The position numbers and the translations under genes are program-made. From positions 558,001 to 622,000 of the forward strand of contig MU008181.1 of the NCBI GenBank assembly GCA_010909165.1: a stretch of 64,000 bases of DNA, given 5' to 3'. This document shows, in pieces, positions 25,701 to 37,144 of the stretch. Below the pieces are notes generated by a model, which ran no database searches, had not been told where the DNA came from, and saw only the letters and a list, made by a program, of their open reading frames with translations. This DNA comes from Anthoceros angustus. Taxonomy: Eukaryota > Plantae > Anthocerotophyta. The stretch's first letter is position 1. Each line of letters opens with the position of its first letter.

Positions 25701-28020
25701 CACAACTCAGGAAGACACTGAATCATTGCCACTGCCATTTGGCAATAAAGCCACAAGTGAAGTAGTTGCTTCATACCGAGCTTGGAAAATATATGGAAAG
25801 AAGTGTGGAATGGTGCATGCTGATGCTTCCTTGCTCCAGCATACTCATGCAGCTTCTATGTTGCTTCTCCAAGTTAACAGTTGCGACACGAAAATGTGCA
25901 TGGTGCGATGTCCAATTTACTCAAATTGGACAATGGCTTTGGAGATTCTATGAAGAGGAAAAAAAGTATTGTGGAGATGACTACTTGGAAGCCTGCAACC
26001 ACCCGTGAAGCCAAAGATGCTAGAGGTGTTGCACCAAGGTGCTGAAAGGAGTTATCTTGAGGAGAAGGCAAGAATGCAGCTTCCCACATACTTTTGGAAG
26101 GAGATAAGAAGAAAGCGCTCCAACAATGTAGTAAAACTAATGTTTGGGCTTATTTGTGCCACAAGAAATACTGTGTGCATTTGGGAAGCGATCTTCGTGA
26201 TGATAATGCAAGAAACAAGCTTCAAGGTAGGAAAACGGAAAGCCAAGATCTTGAGAGGTCGAGTATCAAACATGGTTGCTACCACTTTGATGTGAAGCAA
26301 TTGTTATCCGCCACAACCGCGCTTGTGTTTGTGATTCATTTGAACATGTAGACCAATCGGACAACCGCCACGACTTCGATATCGCAGACCGCTCAAGGTT
26401 TGCTGCCCGCTTAAGTGAGGACATCCGGCCGTGAGGCCATTATTTGTAATAAAGAGATATACCTCGAGCATGTGGAGCAAGTAGAATTGAAAGCACAAGC
26501 TAGTGATTATGAACCTTGTCGCGATGATTTTTACACCCACACGACATTAACATTGCCTCTCAATTGTTTGGGTTCTATCAATATCACCCCAACGATGAGA
26601 TTAGTGTTGGTTTGTGGATAGAGGCTCACAAGGACCTTGTCCGTATCATTCTGTTTCCTCCCCTTAGTGATTGGCTTGCAAACCGATTTCCAGTTCCATG
26701 ATTATGCAGCTTTGGGAATGGGAATGTCATATCCATGGACGCCACGTTTGGGACCAACAAATACAAGTTTCACACACTTTTGGTGTTTGATAGTTACTAT
26801 AACGGAGTGCTGTTGGATTGTTAGATAGTGGACAGAGATATTCTCTTGGTTGCAAGCTTTCAAGGACCATATTGGTAGGCATCGCCGAATGGCAACCAAG
26901 TGCCTTTGATGGCTACCGCAAAATTGCAGCCATTCACAATGTATGGGGCGTGATCCCAAAGTGTTGTTATGCTTGTGGCATGTCGAAAGTCCGGTTACAT
27001 TTGTTGTTGAAGGTCCGAATCGGAAGTTCGGGTTGGTCACATTATGTACCTATCCGGTGGCAATAAAGATGAGGGGCAACAAGTGTGTGTAGATTTTGGA
27101 GATAGGCGAGTTTCATTGAGTATTTCAAGAAACAATGGCATGTGCTTCCTTATGGTTAAAGGGTATCGAACTATGAGGCAGCCAAGATTGTAACTCGCTA
27201 TCGCTTGGCATGGGTTTTGAAGTCTCAGCCATGATTTTGTTAGGGAAGACGGTTGGATTGGTCCACACTCTCGTGGAAACAGGAAGCAAAATCTACTGGT
27301 ATAAGCATTTCACAAAGGAGCATGGATTCAGATACAATGCAAGGGAAGCAGCAATCGTGGACAATGCAATCTTGGGTTCCCAATCCATTCCTGACTCAGC
27401 TGTCACATTACCAACCACAATTGATGGACCAACTTTTGTGAGGAGTTGCACTGATCGGAAGTTGATCTATACCATCTTCATTGTAAGTGCAGATTGGACT
27501 TGCTGTAATTGTCCCAGAGGCACTCAGGGTTTCTTTTGCAAGCACCAAGCTAAGATATTACACCTCAAAGGGGAACTAGTATGCACACCGTTAGCTATAT
27601 GGCTAGAAGAGGACATGTCCATGTCTCTCCGCATTCTGGACCAACATATGCCTTGTGAACAGGCGGTGCACGAGGAGGCGGACACACCTATTTTCACAAC
27701 TCAGGAAGACACTGAATCATTGCCAGCACTGCCATTTGGCAACGCCACAAGTGAAGGCCGTTGCTTCATACGAGCTTGGAAAATATATGGAAAGAAGTGT
27801 GGAATGGTGCATGCTGATGCTTCCTTGCTCCAAAGATACTCATGCAGCAGCTTCTATGTTGCTTCTCCAAGTTAAGCAGTACACGAAAATGTGCATGAAA
27901 AAGGCCATTTACTCAAATTGGACAATGGCTTTGGAGATTCTAAAAATGTATTGTGGAGATGACTACTTGGAAGCTCGCAACCCGGCCAAAAGCCAAAGAT
28001 GCTAGAGGTGTTGCACCAAG
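22770..28020 (+). pseudogene. MULE transposase with SWIM zinc finger, internally tandem-duplicated and frameshifted
   Basis: SMDA(T)FGTNKYKF (~23450), AFTVDD (~24905), FIEYFKKQW...AIEAWHGFLK (~23900-24015), SWIM CCNCPRGTQGFFCKHQ (~27500-27550). Segment B recurs at 23581, 24837 and 26837; segment A at ~22770 and ~26075. Confidence 0.9.
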
Positions 28021-28999
28021 GTGCTGAAAGTAGTTATCTTGAAGAGAAGGAAGGATGAGATTTGTGGCTATTTCATGCCTTACTTGGCTATAAATTTTGT
28101 AAGATAGGTCATCGGAAAGCAAATTTCAAACTCATCATGTTCAGCTATCGTATGCGAACTTGGATATTGATGTTTGTCGAATTGCCATGAACAATTTATG
28201 CTCTCTGAATTTCAAACTCTGAGTACGTGTTCCACATACGTTTACATGGAATGAGCTATAACTCATTTTGTAGCCCTCTGAACAAGCTTCAATGTGATTG
28301 CTCTGTATTACATTTTGGTTGTGTCTAGCATAAGTTATGAATGAAAATGGGCATCTCTGTTACCAGGCCTCAACCCCGAATGCTCTATGTTTTTGGCTTT
28401 GAGCAATAGTTCATCCTGTCACCCATGAGACAAGCTTCAATTTGATTACCAAAATTCGGTTATGTCCAGCAGAAAATATGTACGATAATATGCATCTCGT
28501 ATACCAGGCCTCACTCCCGCGTGCTCTATATCAATGGTTCTTCGCCACTCACACGGGATGCGTCCCCGTTTTCATATGGCCGGAGGCTAGTTCTCCCTGC
28601 AAAGTAATGGCGCTCTTCTCCCGAGGTGGTGGGCCCCATCGCCTAGCCTTGCCTCGCGCCATGACCCATCCCATGTCCATAGCACCACTAGGTGAATATA
28701 CGTATGAGCGCATACTATACCATACACGGCAACCCGTGAGCTGCGTCGTTCATGGCTCGGTTTGTGGAATGGCGGTTGGGGTTCATTTTAAGCGCGAACG
28801 TGCCTAATCGGCCGCGAATCGACACAATCCAGTTTGTCCAAAATCAAACGTGTTCCCAACATTGGGAGCGTGTATCACGACACAAACGGCTTGGCCGCGC
28901 GACTCCGCATCTCGCGCGGTAGAGTGTGAATTGCATCGGACTTTCGCTGGGCACGACGTAGGAGATCGGTGGAACCAATGTGTTCAATGGAAGGCTTGT

Positions 29000-31560
29000 C
29001 CATCCATCCTGCATTGCCAATGGAATTGTTTCGAGAATGGTGAGGTGAAGAGCTTGAAGACGTGTAATTTCTACTTTCGATGCTCCACGCTCACGTCTGC
29101 AAGATGGTGAGACACACGCTGAGGACGCCATCCAACACTCAGGGCTCAAGCATTCGCAAGGTCGCAAGGCTCCTTGAAGGATCTGTTTACCTCGTAACTT
29201 TGCATTCTTACGCATATTGCAATTTCATTCATGGTGAAATGGCATGCCCTTTGTGAGCAAGGATCTAAGGCTGTTATGTCTACAATCGCCCACTTTGTGA
29301 GTATGGATACATGCCCTCGCCTGTGCCCGATTGTTGGGCATTTGAAAGAAGATTTACGTGGTTGCCCTCAAGCAAGCAGACAGGAAGATGGTTACGAATG
29401 TCAAAATAGCCTACGTTCGGGATAGAGTGGACGATTTTCTTGCGGGAAGTCGAGAACTCTGCTTCCCACAACGCTTGTAAGACGTAATGTCGGAAGCAGT
29501 CCACGGACCCGTATATCGTGTGCTGCCTAATTCACCAAGCTCATATATTAAATATGAATGTGCTTACGGACCACAAGATTTTCGTCTTTGGTGTGGAGCC
29601 TTTCATTGATGTGACAAACCGTCAAAAAGGGAAAAGGCAGTCACGCATGAAGACCGCAGAGGAAAGGCAAATTCCAGTTCTTCATCAGATTATTGCAATG
29701 GCGAATTGCGAGATACGAATTCACGAATGGCACCACATAGACATGAATGGTGATTTACGCCATGGTTTGTTAGCTCTTGATGCCCCTGTAATGTTTCTCT
29801 TGCTCTGTTTTATCTATGGCAAAGCGGGAATGGGTAAAGCACAAGCTCTTATGCCGGTGACCAATTACCAAAATTATGTGATCATGAGGAGGATGTGTAT
29901 CGCGAAGAAGGACAACCCAAGATGCCACTTGGTCCGGATGATTTCTTATTGCCCAAGGATATAAAAACATACAGAGCTTGATTGAGGACATGGAGATTGC
30001 ATCATCTTGATGAGGAAAGTGTGAGAATATGGATGGACTTACACAAGCATGAGATTTTCTTTTCTTCCTTCAGCTCTAAGTCTCTTGTGGTGTCACTTTA
30101 CCTTTGGGTATTCGAGACACCATTTCGACTCATGTATGTTGAGGTGGGGCCATAACTCGATTGTCTCTATGGATGCCACGTTCGGGACTAACAAATGGAA
30201 ATTTCGTTGTTTACGGTGTTGGTCTTGATGACCACATGAGCAGGCTACCGGCGGCATGGATCATTTCGACAACCAACTTCGACAATATTAGTGCATGGTG
30301 GGGCTTTAAAGCGAGATGTTGGAGAAGTCGATCCAGTGGAAGCCCAATGCTTTCTTGGTGGACGATTGCCAAGCCGAGATTAACGCTATCGACAAGTATT
30401 CGGCTCTAACATGTTGGTGTTTTTGTGTTTGTGGCATGTGCGTGCTTGGTTGAGACAACTCATAAAGAAGGTGAAAAATAAAGTCGGAGGCGAGATGATG
30501 AGCACACTTGGTAAAATTATGTATATGGAGGAGCAAGGCTGCGGTATGGAGAAAGCGTGGCGGAGCTTGACGCATTCTACTCGACATACGCAATAACAGA
30601 GCCGAATTTGTGACTTATTTTAAGCGGCAATGGGGGCGATTATGACTATGTGGATCAAAGCTCGGGAAGTCCCACATGCTGGCCAAGGCTGCAAGCATAG
30701 AAGCCTACCACCAGCACTTGAAATTCGGATGTCGCTGAAGAAGCGGCTTACGGTGAGCGTTTAGATTGGTTACTTCATATCCTTGTGGATGAAGTCAATC
30801 GGCATTTTGGTTCCAATCACAATGCAAGTTGCTGAATATTGTTCACAACACCAAGTTGGAGAGACTTGTGCACCATGCAATTACTAAGGCACTGCAAATT
30901 CCAAATGTGGATGTCACACTCGACAACGGATAATGCTTCAGCATCGTTAAAAGTCGAAGGCACTTAACGGGTCAGCGTGATTAGTCGAGGTGCTAAATGG
31001 TGGAAGGCGTGGGCTGCTTGCAACGCAAACAAGGATTGAATGGCTTTGTTTGCAAACATCAAGTGAAGGTTTTGCTGATGTTAAATCGAATGACAGCTAC
31101 AGATGCTTGTGCACAAACTGATGGATATGTCGAAGGAACATGGTACTGATAATTTCAATTTGGCAAGTCAGGTCATGCACACAACAAGTTATGAGGAGCC
31201 TGCAGTGAATGTTTGCCAGGATGGGCATGAACTACGCTGCCCCAAACAGGATGTTGTCCAAGAAGGGCCCCAAGTACCTTGCCTGAACCAGGTGTCCAGT
31301 CCATGGACGTGAGTTGGGCAGAGATTAGGGAATGGTGGAGAAGTGGCCACAGTTAGAAAATCATGTTGCTGCCATGATGGGACAATTAGTAAGGCAGGTC
31401 CAAGGGTTGGGCGCTGATCTTCATCTTCACCAGTTGCATGAAACACCAATTCTACACCACAATCCTGCTCATACAGACAATTCTCTTAAACGGAAAAGCC
31501 TTTTGGGAAACGGAGGAGTCGGCAGAGGAAGAACGGCCCCAAGATCGAAAGTGAAATTCC
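29000..31560 (+). pseudogene. MULE-SWIM transposase of the nested element (frameshifted as assembled)
   Basis: DDE motifs SMDATFGTNKWKF (~30163), AFLVDDCQAEI (~30348), CLWHV (~30427), SIEAYHQHLK (~30695); CKHQ SWIM remnant ~31050. Confidence 0.85.
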
Positions 31561-31780
31561 AGTAGGTCAAACATACAACTGCCTATAGTTCCTAGGCCTT
31601 AGCACATAGAACTGCCTATAGCTCCGAGGCTAAGCTTAGAAAGTTGTGCGAACATGGCAACTGCCTGAAGTTACTGAGCCTTGGAATTTTGCTCTACAGT
31701 CTTGGATGTTCTCCTCTCAGTTGTATGTTTCACCATTTTCTGCCAGTCAGCGTGGAACATGAGCTATCAGAGTCACGCTC

Positions 31781-31922
31781 CGTCTGCCGATAAGAGTCCG
31801 ATCCCATGCGCTCCAAGAAGAGGTGGAGGCCCCGTCGCGTTGCCAAGCGGACGTCTGCCGATAAGAGTCCGATCCCATGCGCTCCAAGAAGAGGTGGAGG
31901 CCCCGTCGCGTTGCCAAGCGGA
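31781..31922. repeat. 71-bp tandem duplication at the inner edge of the right TIR
   Basis: CGTCTGCCGATAAGAGTCC...GTTGCCAAGCGGA at 31781 and 31852. Confidence 0.95.
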
Positions 31923-32148
31923 TTGTGTCTGATTTGCGGCCGTTTAAAATGTGGCTGTTTGGCGAACTGATTAGGCACGTTTCGCGCTTAAAATGAACCC
32001 CAACCGGCCATTCCACAAACCGGAGCCATGAACGACGCAGCCGCTACGGGTTGCCGTGTATGGTATAGTATGCGCTCATACGTGTATTCACCTAGACAGG
32101 GTGCTATGGACATGGGATGGGTCATGGCGCGAGGCAAGGCTAGGCGAT

Positions 32149-32600
32149 GGGGCCCACCACCTCGGGAGAAGAGCGCCATTACTTTGCAGGGAGAACTAGC
32201 CTCCGGCTTTCATATGTGTGCAAGATGTGCCCAATGGCTATCCCGTTCTCATGTATGTGCCCATGTGTTCGCAACGGTCACGTATGTTTCCATGCGTTCA
32301 CATGGTGCACTCACCCGGCTCCCAGTCGCGCTCGCGCTCGCGCTCGCAAGTCACGGATGAGAGAGACACATGGTAGGCCCCACCTCGGGAGAAGAGCGCC
32401 ATTACTTTGCAGGAGAACTAGCCTCCGGCTTTCATATGTGCAAGATGTGCCCAATGGCTATCCGTTCTCATGTATGTGCCCATGTGTTCGCAACGGTCAC
32501 GTATGTTTCCATGCGTTCACATGGTGCACTCACCAACTCCCAGTCGCGCTCGCGCTCGCGCTCGCAAGTCACGGATGAGAGACACATGGTAGGCCCACCA
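32149..32600. repeat. ~223-bp tandem duplication spanning the nested right TIR end and its flank
   Basis: CACCTCGGGAGAAGAGCGCC...GAGACACATGGTAGGCCC occurs twice. Confidence 0.95.
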
Positions 32601-33014
32601 CATCAAGGCAACCAAGCATTAAACCCCCGACGAATTTTAGTGAGCGGCCATCGCGAGCTCTTTGATCGATTAAATAAAGTGGTGGCTTCACGCTAGGTGG
32701 AATGTTAGGGAAAAGACAGTAACGACACTGGGGATGAGACTGGCCATCGCAAACTCAAAGATGTGATCGATTAAATCAAGTGGTGGGCGACAACAGAAGT
32801 CAAGAAGCCATGGACCTCTTGACTTCATAATTGTGGGCACTGAGTGCATTGCAAGGACGTCGAATGCCTCCTGCAGGCCTCCCATTCAAGGGCATTCATT
32901 CCCCTTCCACCCAAGCGCTCACATCGGCTCTCGAGCGATATCGATCCCAGGCCATCGGCTCGGCAACAACAATCCGCTCGATCTCAGTGACTTGTGCACC
33001 ACTCCGCTGTGGAG

Positions 33015-33523
33015 ATGGCAGGTGCGCCAGTCTCAAGGCCGGTGCTGGTGCTGGTGCTGGTGCTGCTTGTGGCATGGCTCACGTGGTGAAGGCTTCCAAC
33101 GTGCTGTCCCAGGGAGCCGCCCTGCAGCAGGGCGAGGGGCTACAAAGTTCCAACGGGTGTATGCGTTCAACGTGCAGACCGACTGTAACCTGGTGCTGTA
33201 CCACAGCGGGAGAGCCATCTGGGCATCCAACACCTATGAAAGGGGCATCAACTGCCCGATTCACCATGCAGACGGATGGCAACGCCGTCATCAAAACTGG
33301 CGACGACACTCCAGTTTTCAGCACAGGAACTTACAACCCTTCGGATAGCGGCCGTTACATCATCGCGCAAGATGACGGCAATGTGGTCATGTATAATGCC
33401 CGTAACAATGCTTTATGGAACACCAGCCTAGGCCTGTACAGTAGACTCCACATTTGTTTTGTATCATCTTTCGCATGTCTACTGTATTCGAATAAGAACA
33501 GTGCACTCCGCTGCATACAGTGA
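33015..33523 (+). pseudogene. GNA/bulb-type mannose-binding lectin, copy 1 (frameshifted as assembled)
   Basis: Same unit as copy 3, with extra G deletions; QTDGNAVIK and QDDGNVVMY are visible in ORF 32831..33523. Confidence 0.85.
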
Positions 33524-33987
33524 GATTGTTGTCTCAATTTGGCCTTTGAATTGTTCTCTGGTAGGCCCACCACATCAAGGCAACCAAGCATTAAACCCCC
33601 GACGAATTTTAGTGAGCGGCCATCGCGAGCTCTTTGATCGATTAAATAAAGTGGTGGCTTCACGCTGGGTGGAATGTTAGGGAAAAGACAGTAACGACAC
33701 TAGGGATGAGACTGGCCATCGCAAACTCCAAAGATGTGATCGATTAAATCAAGTGGTGGGCGACAACAGAAGTCAAGAAGCCATGGACCTCTTGACTTCA
33801 TAATTGTGGGCACTGAGTGCATTGCAAGGACGTCGAATGCCTCCTGCAGGCCTCCCATTCAAGGGCATTCATTCCCCTTCCACCCAAGCGCTCACATCGG
33901 CTCTCGAGCGATATCGATCCCAGGCCATCGGCTCGGCAACAACAATCCGCTCGATCTCAGTGACTTGTGCACCACTCCGCTGTGGAG

Positions 33988-34496
33988 ATGGCAGGTGCGC
34001 CAGTCTCAAGGCCGGTGCTGGTGCTGGTGCTGGTGCTGCTTGTGGGCATGGCTCACGTGGTGAAGGCTTCCAACGTGCTGTCCCAGGGAGCCGCCCTGCA
34101 GCAGGGCGAGGGGCTACAAAGTTCCAACGGGTGTATGCGTTCAACGTGCAGACCGACTGTAACCTGGTGCTGTACCACAGCGGAGAGCCATCTGGGCATC
34201 CAACACCTATGAAAGGGGCATCAACTGCCCGATTCACCATGCAGACGGATGGCAACGCCGTCATCAAAACTGGCGACGACACTCCAGTTTTCAGCACAGG
34301 AACTTACAACCCTTCGGATAGCGGCCGTTACATCATCGCGCAAGATGACGGCAATGTGGTCATGTATAATGCCCGTAACAATGCTTTATGGAACACCAGC
34401 CTAGGCCTGTACAGTAGACTCCACATTTGTTTTGTATCATCTTTCGCATGTCTACTGTATTCGAATAAGAACAGTGCACTCCGCTGCATACAGTGA
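33988..34496 (+). pseudogene. GNA/bulb-type mannose-binding lectin, copy 2 (frameshifted as assembled)
   Basis: Signal peptide in ORF 33967; QTDCNLVLY, QTDGNAVIK and QDDGNVVMY across frames. Confidence 0.85.
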
Positions 34497-34959
34497 GATT
34501 GTTGTCTCAATTTGGCCTTTGAATTGTTCTCTGGTAGGCCCACCACATCAAGGCAACCAAGCATTAAACCCCCGACGAATTTTAGTGAGCGGCCATCGCG
34601 AGCTCTTTGATCGATTAAATAAAGTGGTGGCTTCACGCTAGGTGGAATGTTAGGGAAAAGACAGTAACGACACTAGGGATGAGACTGGCCATCGCAAACT
34701 CCAAAGATGTGATCGATTAAATCAAGTGGTGGCGACAACAGAAGTCAAGAAGCCATGGACCTCTTGACTTCATAATTGTGGGCACTGAGTGCATTGCAAG
34801 GACGTCGAATGCCTCCTGCAGGCCTCCCATTCAAGGGCATTCATTCCCCTTCCACCCAAGCGCTCACATCGGCTCTCGAGCGATATCGATCCCAGGCCAT
34901 CGGCTCGGCAACAACAATCCGCTCGATCTCAGTGACTTGTGCACCACTCCGCTGTGGAG

Positions 34960-35470
34960 ATGGCAGGTGCGCCAGTCTCAAGGCCGGTGCTGGTGCTGGT
35001 GCTGGTGCTGCTTGTGGGCATGGCTCACGTGGTGAAGGCTTCCAACGTGCTGTCCCAGGGAGCCGCCCTGCAGCAGGGCGAGGGGCTACAAAGTTCCAAC
35101 GGGGTGTATGCGTTCAACGTGCAGACCGACTGTAACCTGGTGCTGTACCACAGCGGGAGAGCCATCTGGGCATCCAACACCTATGAAAGGGGCATCAACT
35201 GCCCGATTCACCATGCAGACGGATGGCAACGCCGTCATCAAAACTGGCGACGACACTCCAGTTTTCAGCACAGGAACTTACAACCCTTCGGATAGCGGCC
35301 GTTACATCATCGCGCAAGATGACGGCAATGTGGTCATGTATAATGCCCGTAACAATGCTTTATGGAACACCAGCCTAGGCCTGTACAGTAGACTCCACAT
35401 TTGTTTTGTATCATCTTTCGCATGTCTACTGTATTCGAATAAGAACAGTGCACTCCGCTGCATACAGTGA
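34960..35470 (+). CDS. Secreted GNA/bulb-type mannose-binding lectin, copy 3 (one frameshift)
   Basis: MAGAPVSRPVLVLVLVLLVGMAHVVKA signal peptide, then SNVLSQG; QxDxNxVxY motifs QTDCNLVLY and QDDGNVVMY, plus degenerate QTDGNAVIK; +1 C after the INC codons; intronless. Confidence 0.8.
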
Positions 35471-35510
35471 GATTGTTGTCTCAATTTGGCCTTTGAATTG
35501 TTCTCTCTGA

Positions 35511-35837
35511 GGTAGGCCTCTTCGATATCCACTTCCTCCATTCCTGCGGGAAGTCTCCTACTATTCTGCGCACAAGTGTGAGGAAAACCGAGCTGATCTC
35601 CGCAAATTTGCCAGAGACAGTGCTTTGTTCTGGAAGAGCATCCTCCACACATCCATGGAGGAGCACTTCGGTGTGGAGTTGAGCAACCTGGTGTTCGAAC
35701 AGTTCGAGCACGGGATTCAGACCCTTCATCTTGAACCTGGTAGAAATATAGACGATTACTTCCTCGGACGTTATGCCGTTGCCCTTCTCACCAGGAGCAG
35801 ACTAAAACTTTGTTTTCTTGCAACTGGCTCGACCTGA
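35511..35837 (+). pseudogene. 3' fragment of a SABATH methyltransferase paralog
   Basis: EVGLFDIH...FARDSALFWKSILHTSMEEHFGVELSNLVFEQ aligns with the C-terminus of 38251..39414. Confidence 0.9.
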
Positions 35838-36787
35838 ATTGAAACTGCTTCAGATGTCGGCCAGTCATTCAGTGCTCCAGCCTAATAATCTGCAGCCATC
35901 GTTGCAAGGGCAGGTGGGACTTCTGAGGCAGTCCCTGGCTCTGTGTAAATTTCATTGTAAAAGCACATGGCACTGCAGGACGGAACTATCACAAAATGGA
36001 GAACTGCCGAAACGTAAATCGCGTCTGAGCTTTATCTGCATGCTTTGTCCGAGTCCGTGCCGGTGCGCTGCCCAGCAGGATCACCATTGGGTTGCCCTCC
36101 TTGTCATTGTCTGATTACTCATCTCTTTGAAATAAAGTGCTAGCTCGATGGCTTTCACTCACCCACAGTCTGGCTCAATGCCCTACCACACAGCTGATTT
36201 GCAATGCTTCAAATGTCACAGCATCGGGTGCCCAGACAAATCTTACAGCATCAGGCGCGCATACAAGTAACACAGCATCAGGTGCGGCCGTACAAATATC
36301 CCAGCATCAGGCGCGGCCAAGCCTTGCTCTTGCATTGTATGGTACAGACGAAGGAGTCGTGGGTACGATGCCGCCACAGCACATGATTTCTCACTCGCTG
36401 TAGTACTTTATTGTTCCGGCCGTGGTCGGGGAAGACGAGTCCTGGCGGTCATCACTTTCAGAACGAAGACACGGACACAAAAACTCAGTGAGACTGTGGT
36501 GGGCGGAAGCTGCCGTCCTCGGCACCCAAAACCAGTGCCACCTCAAAAGAAAGGAAAAGACGGGCGCTCACAGCCACCACTTCTAGCGTGCACGTGGTTT
36601 GCAGTTTGTGAGGACTTTCTTGGATCAGGCAGCCTCTGGCACTGAAATGTCGGCCAGCTGCGCTGCCCGATGCCACAACCTGAGGGCTGAGGACCTTGGG
36701 AGAAAGAGGCGAGTCACCGTCGTGGGTGCCGCGCGCCGTGCTCTTGAAACTGGGATTGGCGAAAGCTCGCTGTAAACCACATCTGCT

Positions 36788-37005
36788 ATGGCAACACTAG
36801 TGCATGTCCCCTCGCTTCAGGGCGATGGCAGCGTGGAGCAAACCGTCCAAATGGGACCCGGCGAAGGTGAGGACAGCTACGTCAAGAATTCCTCCGTGCA
36901 GTCGCACTTGCTTCAGGTCATGGAAGAGCCGCTGTGGCACGGGATTCGAACTGCCTCACGCATTCCACAGATGGGCAACGCCGGGAACGCCCTGCGCATA
37001 GCAGA
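36788..37005 (+). pseudogene. Truncated 5' duplicate of the SABATH gene
   Basis: Identical to 38251-38468 (MATLVHVP...NALRIAD), then switches to unrelated mosaic sequence. Confidence 0.9.
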
Positions 37006-37144
37006 TGTGGGTTACACCGAACTTTCGCCAATCCCAGCAGTACTCTTGGGAAATTGAGCACAGGACACACCGTCGACTCTATTTCTTCTTCCAAATGCAA
37101 ATCAGGTGCGGCCGTACAAATATCCCAGCAGTACTCTTGGGAAA

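Larger units (their letters stand above)
28579..32207 (+). mobile_element. Nested MULE element with long TIRs and 9-bp TSD
   Basis: TIRs 28579-~28831 and ~31920-32207 (GCCGGAGGCTAGTTCTCCCTGCAAAG...; first ~105 bp identical). TSD TTTCATATG at 28570-28578 and 32208-32216. Confidence 0.95.
22239..32645 (+). mobile_element. Large Mutator-like (MULE) TIR element, outer
   Basis: Imperfect ~58-bp TIRs (22239-22296 and 32588-32645) with G...C termini; direct repeat GGCCATCGCGAGCTC on both flanks (22224-22238, 32646-32660); MULE-SWIM transposase inside. Confidence 0.75.
32588..35510 (+). repeat. Three tandem ~972-bp units (outer right TIR + promoter + lectin gene)
   Basis: Unit starts GGTAGGCCCACCACATC at 32588, 33560 and 34533; copies differ almost only by 1-bp homopolymer indels. 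Confidence 0.97.

Noticed and set aside
22242-32642. Outer element as a CACTA transposon (CACTA...TAGTG lies 3 bp inside both ends)
   Set aside because: The 3-bp flanks differ (GGT vs AGC), and the encoded transposase is MULE-SWIM type.
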